From Mobula hypostoma (lineage: Eukaryota): 64,000 nt of DNA. Positions 50,876-63,100 of this stretch are shown here, piece after piece. The notes below the pieces were generated by a model that was not told the origin of the DNA, searched no databases, and saw only the letters and a program-made list of their open reading frames with translations. Numbering within the stretch: position 1 is the first letter of the stretch; the number at the start of each line of letters is the position of its first letter. A program made the position numbers and the translations under genes. The stretch is taken from assembly GCF_963921235.1 (NCBI RefSeq), contig NC_086108.1:22630001-22694000 (forward strand). The letters are read 5' to 3'.

Positions 50876-52805
50876 CATAGTCATAGTCATACTTTATTGA
50901 TCCCGGGGGAAATTGGTTTTTGTTACAGTTGCACCATAAATAATAAGTAGTAATAGAACCATAATAGTTAAATAGTAATATGTAAATTATGTCAGTAAAT
51001 AATGAAATAAGTCCAGGACCAGCCTATCGGCTCAGGGTGTCTGACCCTCCAAGGGAGGAGTTGTAAAGTTTGATGGCCACAGGCAGGAATGACTTCCTAT
51101 GGCGCTCTGTGCTGCATCTTGGTGGAATGAGTCTCTGGCTGAATGTACTCCTGTGCCCACCCAGTACATTATGTAGTGGATGGGAGACATTGTCCAAGAT
51201 GGCATGCAACTTGGACAGCATCCTCTTTTCAGACACCACCGTGAGAGAGTCCAGTTCCATCCCCACAACATCACTGGCCTTACGGATGAGTTTGTTGATT
51301 CTGTTGGTGTCTGTTACCCTCAGCCTGCTGCCCCAGCACACAACAGCAAACATGATAGCACTGGCCACCACAGACTCGTAGAACATCCTCAGCATTGTCC
51401 GGCAGATGTTCAAGGACCTCAGTCTCCTCAGGAAATACAGATGGCTCTGACCCTTCTTGTAGACAGCCTCAGTGTTCTTTGACCAGTCCAGTTTATTGTC
51501 AATTCGTATCCCCAGATATTTGTAATCCTCCACCATGTCCACACTGACCCCCTGGATGGAAATAGGAGTCACCGGTACCTTAGCTCTCCGCAGGTCTACC
51601 ACCAGCTCCTTAGTCTTTTTCACATTAAGCTGCAGATAATTCTGCTCACACCATGTGACAAAGTTTCCTACCATAGCCCTGTACTCAGCCTCATTTCCCT
51701 TGCTGATGCAACCAACTATGGCAGAGTCATCCGAAAACTTCTGAAGATGACAAGACTCTGCAGTAGTTGAAGTCCGAGGTGTAAATGGTGAAGAGAAAGG
51801 GAGACAAGACAGTCCCCTGTGGAGCCCCAGTGCTGCTGATCACTCTGTTGGACACACAGTGTTGCAAGCCCACGTACTGTGGTCTGCCAGTCAGGTAATC
51901 AAGAATCCATGATACCGGGGAAGCATCCACCTGCATCGCTGTCAGCTTCTCCCCCAGCAGAGCAGGGCGGATGGTGTTGAACGCACTGGAGAAGTCAAAA
52001 AACATGACCCTCACAGTGCTTGCTGGCTTGTCCAGGTGGGCGTAGACACGGTTCAGCAGGTAGAGGATTGCATCTTCAACTCCTAGTTGGGGCTGGTAGG
52101 CGAACAGGAGGGGATCTAAGTGTGGCCTGACCATAGGCTGGAGCAGCTCCAGAACAAGTCTCTCCAGGGTCTTCATGATGTGGGAGGTCAATGCCACTGG
52201 TCTGTAGTCATTGAGGCCGCTGGGGCATGGCGTCTTCGGCACAGGGACGAGGCAGGACGTCTTCCACAGTACAGGAACCCTCCGGAGTCTCAGGCTCAGG
52301 TTGACTACATGGTGAAGTACTCCACATAGCTGAGGGGCACAGGCTTTGAGCACCCTGGTACTGACACCATCCGGTCCTGCAGCTTTGCTTGGGTTGAGAC
52401 GTTTCAACTGTCTTCTCACCTGTTTAGCTGTGAAGCCCACCGTGGTAGTTTCGTGTGGGGAAGGGGTATAGTCATGAGAGCTTGGTGGGGGACTGTGAGG
52501 AGGGGTAGGAGGGGAGAGTGGAATATGTGTTGGTTGGGGGCCGACAACAGATGGCTCGTGGGGGATGGGCAGGGGCCACAATGTCAAATCTGTTAAAGAG
52601 CAGGTTAAGTTCATTGGCCCTGTCCACACTGCCTTCTGCTCCTCTGTTGCAAGTTTGCCGGAACCCAGTGATGGTCCTCATCCCCCTCCAGACCTCTCTC
52701 ATGTTGTTCTGCTGGAGTTTCCACTCAAGCTTCCTCCTGTACCTGTCTTCAGCCTCCCTGATCCTGGCTTTCAGGTCACTCTGTATTGCCCTCAGCTCCT
52801 CCCTG
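50876..52805 (-). mobile_element. Rex1/Babar young-subfamily copy, 5'-truncated and frameshifted
   Basis: ORFs 51727-52629 and 51024-51674 are nearly identical to 21851-23512; (CATAGT)n tail. Confidence 0.92.
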
Positions 52806-55189
52806 AATATTGTTGTGGTCTAGCTGCATGCAGGCATAGGCTATTTCATTTCTCAGGAACTGTGAATGGAATTAAGCAATTTTAAAATAGCGCAGACTGT
52901 CCAAATTGCTGTAGGCTAGAGAAGGTCACCGAGGTGGGTGGGTAAGGTGTTAGCAGAGGTAGGGTGGCAGGTGCAAGGGATGTGAAGCTATCTAAATGAC
53001 TCAACACAAGGGCAAGGCCATCTAATTGTGGTGTACTGTGTAGCTATTGTAGCTCAACAGACACTAAGATACTGGGTGAATGAAGCTTGGCACAAGCTGA
53101 GGAATGGGTTGCAGAGTTTTAGATGAGAGCTGTGGGCAGTTTATTGGAATAGCTCCATCTATAAGGGAAACACAGGCCTTAATGTGGACTTCAGTACCAT
53201 CTGAATTGAGCAAATGACAATAAAAATGCTTTTTTATGGCATGGATTTACTGTCTTAGGCTCATACAATACGTAATATTAAGATCATGAGCAGACTGCTT
53301 CAGCTGTCTAGTGGTTTCCTACTGTGTATCCTTCTTAAGATTCCTTTTGTGTAACCACTCACTTATAAAATTGAGTAACCTTGGGGTTGACTGATGGTCC
53401 TTGAACTCAGAACACCTAACACAGAGAGATGTTTCTGATTTAGTTTTTTATCTTCAAATTTTAATAAAAATTGAAAACAAGTTGCTAAATTGGTAACTTA
53501 GTAAATTGATTTATTCAAGTTCAAGTTTATTGTCATTCAATTATACACAATAAGCTGCAAAGCCATGACAAGGTAAATGGTGAGGCCAAGACGATGTTTC
53601 TATTTGGGATACTAATCTTATTATTTTTCTGCAAATTTTTCTTTCCCAACCTTGTGACGTATTGTGTGGAGGCTTGCACAAATGCCAGTACATCTTCAAG
53701 CTGACACATACAACTGTGCAAAGTATGTGGAGCTCTTCACTGAAGTTGCATAGTACATAGAGTATGGAACCAGTTCCCTTTCTCCACTCAGTGACAGCAA
53801 AATATTTTTACATCCATGTGCTTACCTGGGGCTTCCCTTTCAATGCACTTTTGCTCGCCACTCCGCTACTCTATGCAATAGCATGTTCCATGCCTATTTT
53901 TGGATGGAGTAAGTTCCAGAATTGCCCATTGTATTCATTAATCTTGCGGTGTAGTTTTGATCTTCCATGTTTTCAGCCATTATCCTGAAGACCTCTATTA
54001 CCTTGTCCCTGATCCTGATAATTTTATTGACAATTTAAGATGAATTTTTGAATTCGCAATCGACCTTGCCATGGCCTTAGCGCTTTATTTGTCTACCAGC
54101 ACTGCAGTTTCCCTGGAACTGCAATACAAAATTCTGGTGTCTTATTGCTGCCCCAATATTATTATGTATGACATGATCTGTCTGGATGGCATGCAAAATA
54201 AATCTGTATCTTGCTACCTGTGACAATAATAAACCAATGCAAATACTTATCCTTACAGTGCTGATGTCATCTCTGCTAAGTTTCCTTGTACCATTGCCAG
54301 TGACTCCAGAATTTGTTCTGTAACATGCAGTGAACAAGTGTGTAGTTTTAACCAAATTTTGATTGGATTAGCATTGTAGATTGAGACAAAACAAAGCCTG
54401 GTCCAATTAGATAGAGGAATTAGAGTTGCTTGTGTTTACATGTTAACTCTAAGAATTCGGTGCAAAACTGAGTGAATGTAAGAGCTTGCCTTAACATATG
54501 GAGATTTTTTTCTTGCTGTAAGGACTATCTGTAACACTCTGTACTGAGAACCAAGGTTGGAGAGGCAGTTAGGGTGTCCACTGAAAGGAGTGTTCTGAAG
54601 AAATTCTGACAATAACTGTTCTTGATGTCTGCATCCATAACTCCTTGCTGCCTGAGACCAATAAGCATGAAAATTCCATATCTTATATTTCATATTTCAT
54701 TTGTCACACTTTTATGACATTGAAGCTATTTGGCCCATCAACTCTGTGCCAGTGCTCAGATAATTCATCAGTCTTATTCCCTGTATGTTTCCTTGTAACC
54801 TTTTGCCCATTAACTCCCCAATGTCCGTGTCATCCTAAAGTTAACTCTCAGCAGCAAACTGATCTACCAGTAGGTATTTGGGAAGTGCAAGGAAACTGGA
54901 ATACCCAGATGAAACTTGTATGACCGGATGAAACTCGTATGATCATGAAAGTGTGCAAACTCCACACAGACAGCTCCTGAGATCAGGATTGGTCCAAGTC
55001 ACTGGAGCTGTGAAGAAGCAGCTATGCTATTCTATTGACACTGAGAACAAGGTCTCAGAAGCAGATGGTGTCTTCATTGATGGTCTGTAGCTCCCATGGC
55101 AGAGAAGAGTTGACCATGGCAGGGAACCTCAGAAATGCTGTAATTGTGACCATCTTAAAATAAGGAGATCAATCCATTTATGGTGTCTT

Positions 55190-55800
55190 CAGTGGAGTAT
55201 CCCTCACTGTCTGTCACAGGGAAAGTTATCAGCAGCATCCTCCTGCACCACCTCACTGAGGTTGCAGAACTGTCTGCGAGTCCCAGTGTGGATTCTGCCC
55301 ATCAAATAGCACTTTGGACAAGATCTACACCAGACCACTGAAGATACACCACCAAAAATAACTCTGACCTTTTTCACATTCACTGGCAGGTTAAGGAAGC
55401 TGCCATCAGTGACCTCTTCTAAGGTATGTTCCCAGCAGTGAAGACCTCCTTAGACTCAGACGGGCAGGTCATGTCATTTGTGTGCATGACACCACTCCAA
55501 GCTCTGTCATGCCTGGAGGTTAACAGGTTAATGGAGTTCAAAACTGTTCTCAAAGATTGTAAGATTGGCGTTGGCCCACAGTGGTTCCAAATGGAGAAGA
55601 AGCATTTAAGATGGTGCTGAGAACCTCAGGCCCCTTCATCGGGAACACAACGAAACCCAGTGTGAAGGTGGAGGTGTGCAACATCTACCCGAATAGTCAG
55701 CCCACCAGGCAATTCCTGCCCTCCCAAACCAGAATCTGCTGGTCCCACAATGGCTCGTCAGCCTCAAAAACCCACAGAACTGTAGTGGAAGCAAGTCATT
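55190..55800 (+). mobile_element. Decayed RTE-clade LINE fragments
   Basis: GAGTCCCAGTGTGGATTC (ESQCGF) RT motif and a 3' Cys-containing remnant. Confidence 0.5.
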
Positions 55801-56829
55801 TCTCAGTTCCGAAAGTCTGTGGAATTGTCTCTGACTGTAACATTATTGAGAAACATGGCTCTATCATTCAATAAGATGATAGTATAAACAACCACAAATG
55901 TATAGAGAAAGTAACATTTATCATGCTTTGCCAGCCATTACAAATATAACTCTTCTGCTTTTCCATTTTCAGCCTCCTGAAATGAACTTCAGTTTGCTTT
56001 TTGTGGCCACATTAACTTGTAGTGATTTGTGTAGCTAGATCCCTTGCCACAGCTACACCATTTAAACTCATTATTCAGGCACTTCTGAACTCTTCAACTA
56101 AAATGCATGCCATCATGTTTAACAATTGGCTGTTTAGATGGCGATTACATCCCAGTTCTGCCAGTTTATTAATGTCCTTCTCTATTTTGTAAGCTTCTTG
56201 CATTGTGCTAACTACTGTCTAATTTCGTGCTGTGTGTATCGTATTCCCTAATCTTGATATTAAATTATTGACGTGGATTGTGAACAACAGTGATCCTAGC
56301 AGTTAATTCCCTCTTTTTGGCAAGTGATTGTGCATCATTTTTAAAGATACCTAAATTGAGGTGTTTAAGCAAAATTGATTTAGTAAACTGAGAGAAGCCA
56401 TTTCCTCTGCCAATAGAGACCAGAGCAATGGATCACAAGTTTAAAATTAGTAGTCTGTTCAAGGGTGAAATTATGATATATTTCTTCATTCTTGTGATAT
56501 TGGCAGTCTTGAATTTCACTGTAAAGAGCTTTAAAATCCAGGCAGCTCTACATTTCATATATAATAGTGACCTAATCATTCTCATGAAAGATCATTGAAC
56601 AGAAATGTTGATTCTATTTCCTCCTTCACAGATGCTGCCTGACCTGCTGAGTGTCCCCACAATTCTCTGGTTTTATTTCAGATTCACAGCATCTATATAG
56701 TTCCTTTTCAGTGATGGATTTTTGCTCAGTGAAGATATTAAAGAATGTGAAAGACAGGCACGATTTGCACTTGTACAACACTTTTCACAGCCTAAGGTTG
56801 TAAAACGAGACAAAATTGGTTTGTAGCCA

Positions 56830-57225
56830 ACTTAAAGTTGTGCATCCTAATGGTGGTGCAGTGGAGATGCGTCTCTACCAAAGGAAGTGTGTTGTGCTCC
56901 ATCCCTCTGTTAGCCTGTAAGTCACCCTTGGGGCAAAGTGTAGCACCTACTTAGTCAGCCAGTCAGGATTGCATGAAGCCACGGGAGCAGGAGGTGGATG
57001 GCCGTAGGAGCAGCTGTGCTATCACAGGTCCTGGTAATGCGACCACTGACACCATGCAGACAATGTCTGAAGAGTATTGATAATGACTGTGGTCACCCAC
57101 CTTGTAAAAGTACTGCCCAGAAGAAAGCAATTGTAAATGACTTCTGTCGAAACATTTGCCAGGAACAGTGATGGTCTTGGAAAGACTGTGATCGCCCACA
57201 TCACACAACACAGCACATAATGAAC
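56830..57225 (+). mobile_element. Short non-autonomous retroelement, probably RTE-related
   Basis: Resembles RTE-type 5'/3' end composites (GGTCACCCACCTTGTAAAA...CACATAATGAAC); recognised from memory only. Confidence 0.35.
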
Positions 57226-57339
57226 ACTGCAAGGCCCCACAACTTCAATAATGACCAGCAATATCTGCAGGATGAATAGTTGCCAGGACCAGAGTAAGGA
57301 GAGAGGGAAGCTTGGTGTCATGGAGAGACACAGCAAGTA

Positions 57340-57635
57340 AACAGTCCCTTCAACCCACTGAATCCATACACCAACCACCCACTTGCATTAATATGCCATT
57401 AAGTCAATTTTTTGTTCTCCACACCTGAATTTCCCTCCCAGATTCTCACCTATGCATTCAGTGTAATTTACCATAGCCAATTAACCGGCCAACCCACCTA
57501 TCTTCAGGATGAGGGAGGAAACTGAAGCACCCAGAGGGAATGCCCACACCAAACTCCATGTGGGCAGCAGCCAAGGTAAGAATTGAAGCCAGGTCTTTGG
57601 TGCTGCATAGCAGTGGCAAGACTAACTGCCCCACG
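57340..57635 (-). mobile_element. V-SINE-like element, decayed (similar copy at ~54725-55030)
   Basis: GGGAGGAAACTGAAGCACCCAGAGG..CAAACTCC..AATTGAAGCCAGG, the reverse complement of the SINE at 26278. Confidence 0.55.
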
Positions 57636-58452
57636 GTACCAGAATACCCAACAAATAGTTAAGTGGTGGAATGGGTTTGAGGTACTGAATGGCCCACTCT
57701 TGTTCCTACAAACTTCTACGCTCTCTTTTGTTGGATTTGAATTTCTTCAACAAGCAATCTCCTGGAGAAACTCGGCTGAGTGAGAAGTATTTGTGGGGGT
57801 AGAAACATGTCTAGTTCTGATGAAAGGCTTTGACCCAAAATGTCAACAATTCCTTTCCCCAGTCTGTTGCTCCAGATTTCAGCATCTGTAGGTTCTTGTG
57901 TGCACACTTGACATCTCCCAGTTCTGGAGAGCAACATCGTACACTGCTGGTTGAGTACCAGTTGAAAGCAGAATAAAGCTCCTTCCACAAATATGCCTGG
58001 ACCAGCCTTGGCAGTGTTCCCTTCTGCATTGATACAGACATCCCACCTCTCCTGGAAGTTCCGGGAGTCTCCCGCATATTGATAGCAGCTCCCTGATGCT
58101 CACAAATTATATACAATATCCCGGAAGTCGATTTTTTTTTGAGAGCGAGCGAGAGGGGGAGAGAGACAGAGAACGAGTGACAGATGTAGCGAGAGAGTGA
58201 CAGAGAGAGCATCCTGATTGGTCTTTCTTTGTGCTAAGTAGACCTATCAGTTTTCCCTGTGGGCTGGCTTTACAGTCTACCTCTCTCTCTCTTTCATTGT
58301 CCATCAGTTCAGTTTAGTGTCTCAACTAACTTTGAAGGACTGGTGCCAAACTACAAAAGTTTGCCAGTTGATGAGTTCTGGGGGAAGCTGTCCAAAGTAA
58401 AATCTGTGAGCACAGGGCAGTTGAGATTCAAAGAGCTCTGCCAGTTGATGAA

Positions 58453-59134
58453 ACACACACAAAAAATGCTGGTGAACGCAGCAGGCCAGGCAGCATCTAT
58501 AGGAAGAGGTACAGTTGACATTTTGGGCTGAGACCCTTGTCAGGACTAACTGAAAGAAGAGTTGGTAAGAGATTTGAAAGGGGGAGGGGGAGATCCAAAA
58601 TGATAGGAGAAGACAGGAGGGGGAGGGATGAAGCTAAGAGCTGGAAAGTTGATTAGCAAAAGGGATGTGAGGCTGGAGAAGGGACGGGAGGCCTAGGGCG
58701 AAAGAAAGGGGGACGGGGGAAGCCCAGATGATGGGCAAGGAGTTATAGTGAGAGACAGAGGGAGAAAAAGGAGAGAGAAATAGGAGGAAAAATTAATAAT
58801 AAATAAATAAATAAATAATGGATAGGGTACGAAGGGGAGGTGGGGCATTAACGGAAGTTAGAGAAGTCAATGTCCATGCCATCAGGTTGGAGGCTACCCA
58901 GATGGAATATAAGGTGTTGTTCCTCCATCCCTCCCCCTTCTGTCTTCTATCATGTTGGATCTCCCCATCCCCCTCCCACTTTCAAATCTCTTGCTATCTC
59001 TTCTTTCAGTTAGTCCTGACGAAGGGTCTCGGCCCGAAATGTCAATTGTACCTCTTTCTATAGATGCTGCATTCATCAGCATTTTTTGTGTGTGTTGCTT
59101 GAAATTCCAGCATCTGCAGATTTCCTCATGTTTG
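58453..59134. mobile_element. Neptune-type PLE 3' fragment with inverted duplication
   Basis: 14-bp TSD TGCCAGTTGATGAA (58439-58452, 59135-59148); 58453-58925 is similar to the reverse complement of ~15780-16245, followed by an inverted arm at 58926-59095. Confidence 0.88.
59011..59048 (+). ncRNA. Minimal hammerhead ribozyme motif
   Basis: AGTC-CTGACGA-A-GGG-TCTCGG-CCC-GAAA-TGTC-AATT; core intact, stems I and III altered at CpG positions. Confidence 0.65.
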
Positions 59135-60429
59135 TGCCAGTTGATGAAGCTGTTTTTAGTGCTGCCAAATTCTAACAGTGATATAGAAAGGGCATTCAGC
59201 ATGGTGCGTCACATTAAGACAGAATTCAGAAGTCAGCTGTCTCACAAAACACTTGTGAATCTGATGTCTTGCAAAATTAACAAATTCATTGACCATTGAT
59301 GCAGACTGCTATGAGGTTGAGACTTCCGGCAAAATGCTCAAATCTGCCAAGCCTTGGAGGTCGACCGGGGTGGCAGTGGGATGGGGGGGTTGGTGGTGGT
59401 GCTACCTCCCTGAAATGAGTTTTTGCAGGGTGGGATGTCTGCTGATAAAATATTTCCACTGCTGAAGCAAAACATTTCATGGTCTTTCTACTGAAATTAA
59501 AAATTAGAACCTGAAAAAGATGTGTGCATTGAATCATTTCGACACCTTCCCTGTGGGGAACATAAAAATCTCAGCAGCACTGGGACTCTCTCCCCAACAT
59601 TGAGTTGAGGGCCCAAATGGTCTGTGTTATTACAAGTAAGAACTCAGAAGGTAAAGACATTTCGACATTTCACACTTCACAAAGCATGTCACTTGTAATA
59701 ATTTGCAAAGACACTAATTATGTCCTCTTCTCTAGAGTCTATTGAAAGGACAACATGGGTCAGAAGCAACAAAACAATTCTTTCACTTGACCCAGATAAC
59801 ACTAACTGAAACTCAGCTGAATGCTGCTGGTCCCCAAGTGTAGGAAATCGAAGGCGCAGGTGGCACAGGGGGTTAGAGCATTAGCCTTTCACCTCACTGT
59901 TATGCAGTTTGGAATCAGTTCCAGATGAGGGAGAAGAGAGCCAACTCCCTCTGGCTGCTAAATATCCTGAAACAAATGAGCTCGGTCAACCTTAGCTCAG
60001 TTGTTGTTGAGCAAAGCAATCTGACTTTATAAAGAGAAGGAAGGAAGAAGCGACATTTGTTCATCTGGAGAAATTATTAGGCACATTCATAATTCGTGAG
60101 TTTAATGTGGGATTTTATGGAGTCCTGGTACTTTATTGCAAGAACTTCAGGCTGAAAACTTAATGTATATGAACACATTTGTGAGTGGAAATTGTTCTGT
60201 AGGTTTGGGTATAATGGGTTGACTTGTCTCGATCCAAGGCTGGGCTGAGAGCACTCATGTTAATTTATACCCCCTTCATTTGTTACGATTATTGCGAATA
60301 ACACTTGAATCGAAAGTTGTTTGGAATAATTACTCCCCAGATGTTCTCCACTACAGAAATGTTTGCATGGTGTCTGTAAAAGCATAAAAGAGATGCATGC
60401 TCGGGGTTGGAAAAAATGGCTACTTTAAA

Positions 60430-60720
60430 CCAGGCTCTGTTATTACATTCATATAGCATCTTTATTGAATCTGGGATATTTTGAAGTGTTTCACAGCCAA
60501 AGCAACCCTATTTTGAGATCAGGACAGAGCTCAATAATAACCAGATGAGTATATTATAAAAGTGATTTGACAATAAATGTTTTCTAAGGCCTTTAAACTT
60601 GTGGGTGAGCTCTGGACTGAGACAGTGCTGGTCAAAGGATGGTGCCTCCAACAGTGTGGCACTCCAGCACTGGAGAATCTACTAGTATTTTCTGCTCAAA
60701 GAATGAGATCTGAATACATA
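60430..60720 (-). mobile_element. Ancient Deu-domain SINE remnant (SacSINE1/AmnSINE1-like)
   Basis: Minus strand GGAGTGCCACACTGTTGGAGGCACCATCCTTT resembles the Deu core as I recall it. Confidence 0.45.
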
Positions 60721-61105
60721 ACAGGAAAGTAAAAAACACATGTTGGGAATGGGAATAAAATCGGAAAGTGCAGGTTAGGCAGTGTCTATGGAGAGAGAAA
60801 CAGGAGCCTGAGGGCTAAGATATATTATCAGAAATCATTCAGTGCACTTATTGCCTTCAGCATGAATTTGTAACAAACTCAAAAATAAGAGCTGTAGTTG
60901 AAAGAAGAAGCCTATAGATGGTATGGGTCAGTGCAAGTTTGGAATTGCAAACAATTTACTGGAGGAAGTCAGCAGGTTGAGTAGTCCAGATGTAGGGTTG
61001 TGGCTAGAAATGTCAACAATTCCTTTTCTCTAAAAACTTGAGGGAGGGGGCAGATAGGGTATGTTAAGTTCACTTGTGAGGATGTCTAAGACAAGAGGGT
61101 TAGAG

Positions 61106-61157
61106 CAGAGGTTCCCAACCTGGGGTCCATGGCATAAAGGAGGTTGGGAACCCCTTG
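61106..61157. mobile_element. 52-bp hAT MITE, shortened relative of 5008-5086
   Basis: CAGAGGTTCCCAACCTGGGGTCCATGGCATAAAGGAGGTTGGGAACCCCTTG. Confidence 0.75.
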
Positions 61158-61934
61158 TTTTAAGGGTATCTAAGGAGAAATTTACTTACAGAGGGCTCGG
61201 CATGAGGAGATGTGGAGGTGGAGACTGTCAACATTTAAGTAACATCTAGACACGCACTTAAGTTGCCAAGGCAAAGCAGGTTGTGGACATGCTGTGGGTA
61301 AATATAACTGGGTGGGCCAAAGGGCCTGTTTCAGTATTGTACGGCTCTCTGACTCTGGTTTTGAGTCAGTATTCAGGATATGGACTTGTGGCTGTGATTT
61401 GCTCCTGGATGTTTTCTCATTAGTGAAGTTTAGGGCTGAAATTATGTTCTCAGGCCCTAGCAGGTTAGCAGGTTTAGTGGGCAGTACTTCCAAACTGCCT
61501 CAGTATTATCCATCGATAACATTTGTGTTACTCCTCATGAATGACAGTGAGAGGATAATTTTTAACTGTAAAGCTGAGCAAGATTTAAAAAAAAGTTTAG
61601 CCTAACCTGCCTTCTCTGATTCTATTGGAGGCAGGATGAGGAATGGGCAATCGTGTACTCTCAGGTGCCGGGAAGCTCATTGTAACTTTTTCAGGAGGCT
61701 GCATATATTTATTCAAGTAATATTGGAATGATTTACTGCCCAGGACAGATTTTTATTTTCCTTTGCTTTAGGGAAATAAGCAAAAACAAGGAGAAAGGGT
61801 ATGTAAATGCTTTGGGAGGTCTCTCTTCCTTTCCCAATAGACTCACTCTGTTTAATATGAGAAATCAGTTATATAGACTTGTGCTGTAGTTGTGAGAATT
61901 GTGTTCAAGTATTTAAGTGATGATCAAATCAATA

Positions 61935-62210
61935 TAGTTAAAGTTGAGTTTATTCTCATGCACAAGTCCATGTATGTACAGGTGCAATGAAAAAACTGGC
62001 TTGCAGCAGCATCACAGGCACATAGCATCATAAAAGCAGCGTTCACAGAAAAACCATAAATTATACACCTTTTTTAACAAAAGGGAACACAATTAGAACA
62101 AAAAAGTCCATTTTAGTACAAAGTGATCAAAATGGTCACGGCGTTACTTAATTTTTCGTCATTAGGTTGCACCAGTTAGCTCAAGTACTAAATGGTTGAA
62201 GAGAAGTAGC
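61935..62210 (-). mobile_element. LINE 3'-end fragment (Rex1-like); similar copy at ~10660-10990
   Basis: Shared GTTAAAGTTGAGTTTATT...GAACACAATTA..AAAAAGTCCA..GTGATCAAAATGGTCA between the two loci. Confidence 0.55.
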
Positions 62211-62614
62211 TGTCATCATCTGTCAGTTTTGTTATCTTCTCTGGTTTATCTTTAACCAGCATTCCTGCTTGTCCACTTAACAGTTTCACCAGCCATGCAA
62301 GCATTTCCATGCCTCCCAAGAAACACCAACTCCTTCGCTATCCCCCATGGGGCTACTCTGATCACTCATCATTCCTGACCAAGCCCACTTTCTGGGTTCC
62401 ATTCCTACACCTACACGTTGTTTCTCCTCAACTTTGCTTTCTCCAGAGCTTTACTCCCATGGGAGGCAGCCAAATCTGTGAATCAGTTTTGTTTGAAATG
62501 GGGATTCTGGGGTAAACTCCACGGTACTTATTAATGCAATGGTCCTGCCTATCCTACCACCAAACAGAATTTCCCTCCCAGTAAATTTCAGAGCATACTC
62601 TTTGGGTTATCTCA

Positions 62615-63100
62615 TTTTTCTATTTGTTCAAGGATCTGGGCTTCACATGCTAAGCCAATATTTAATTGCCCATCCCTAATTACCCTTGAGAAGGTGATGG
62701 TGAGCTGCCTTCTTGAACTGCTGCATCCTGGATATGTGGATATACCAACTATGCTCTTTGAGGGGAGTGGGGGGGGGGGTGGTGTGGTGAGAGTATGGGA
62801 AGACCCAGGATTTTGATCCAGTTGTCACTGTCCAGTTGTGAAGAAACAGCAATATGATGTGTGATTTGGAGGACAACTTTCAGGTAGTGGAGTTGTGGAG
62901 TTCCTGTGCTTTTTGCTGCCCTTGTCTTTCCAGCTGACAGAGGTCATGGGTTTTGGTAGGTGTTGTCAAAGACGTCTTGGTGAATAGTTGTAGACAGTGC
63001 AAACTGCTGTTATTGTGTTTTGGTGTTGGAGTGAGTGAGTGGTTGTGGATGGGTTGCCTATCAAGCAGGCTTCTATCTCCTGTATGGTGCTGAGCTTGGA
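62615..63100 (-). mobile_element. Old LINE (CR1/L2 group) 3' fragment
   Basis: TTAATTGCCCATCCCTAATTACCCTTGAGAAGGTGATGGTGAGCTGCCTTCTTGAAC resembles a common elasmobranch LINE end; recognised from memory. Confidence 0.45.

Larger units (their letters stand above)
58035..59441 (+). mobile_element. hAT deletion derivative retaining the C-terminal dimerization region, interrupted by a PLE-derived insert
   Basis: 13-bp perfect TIR CAGACATCCCACC; peptide VDEFWGKL..RFKELCQLMK|LFLVLPNSNSDIERAFSMVRHIKTEFRSQL reads through once the insert is removed. Confidence 0.88.
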
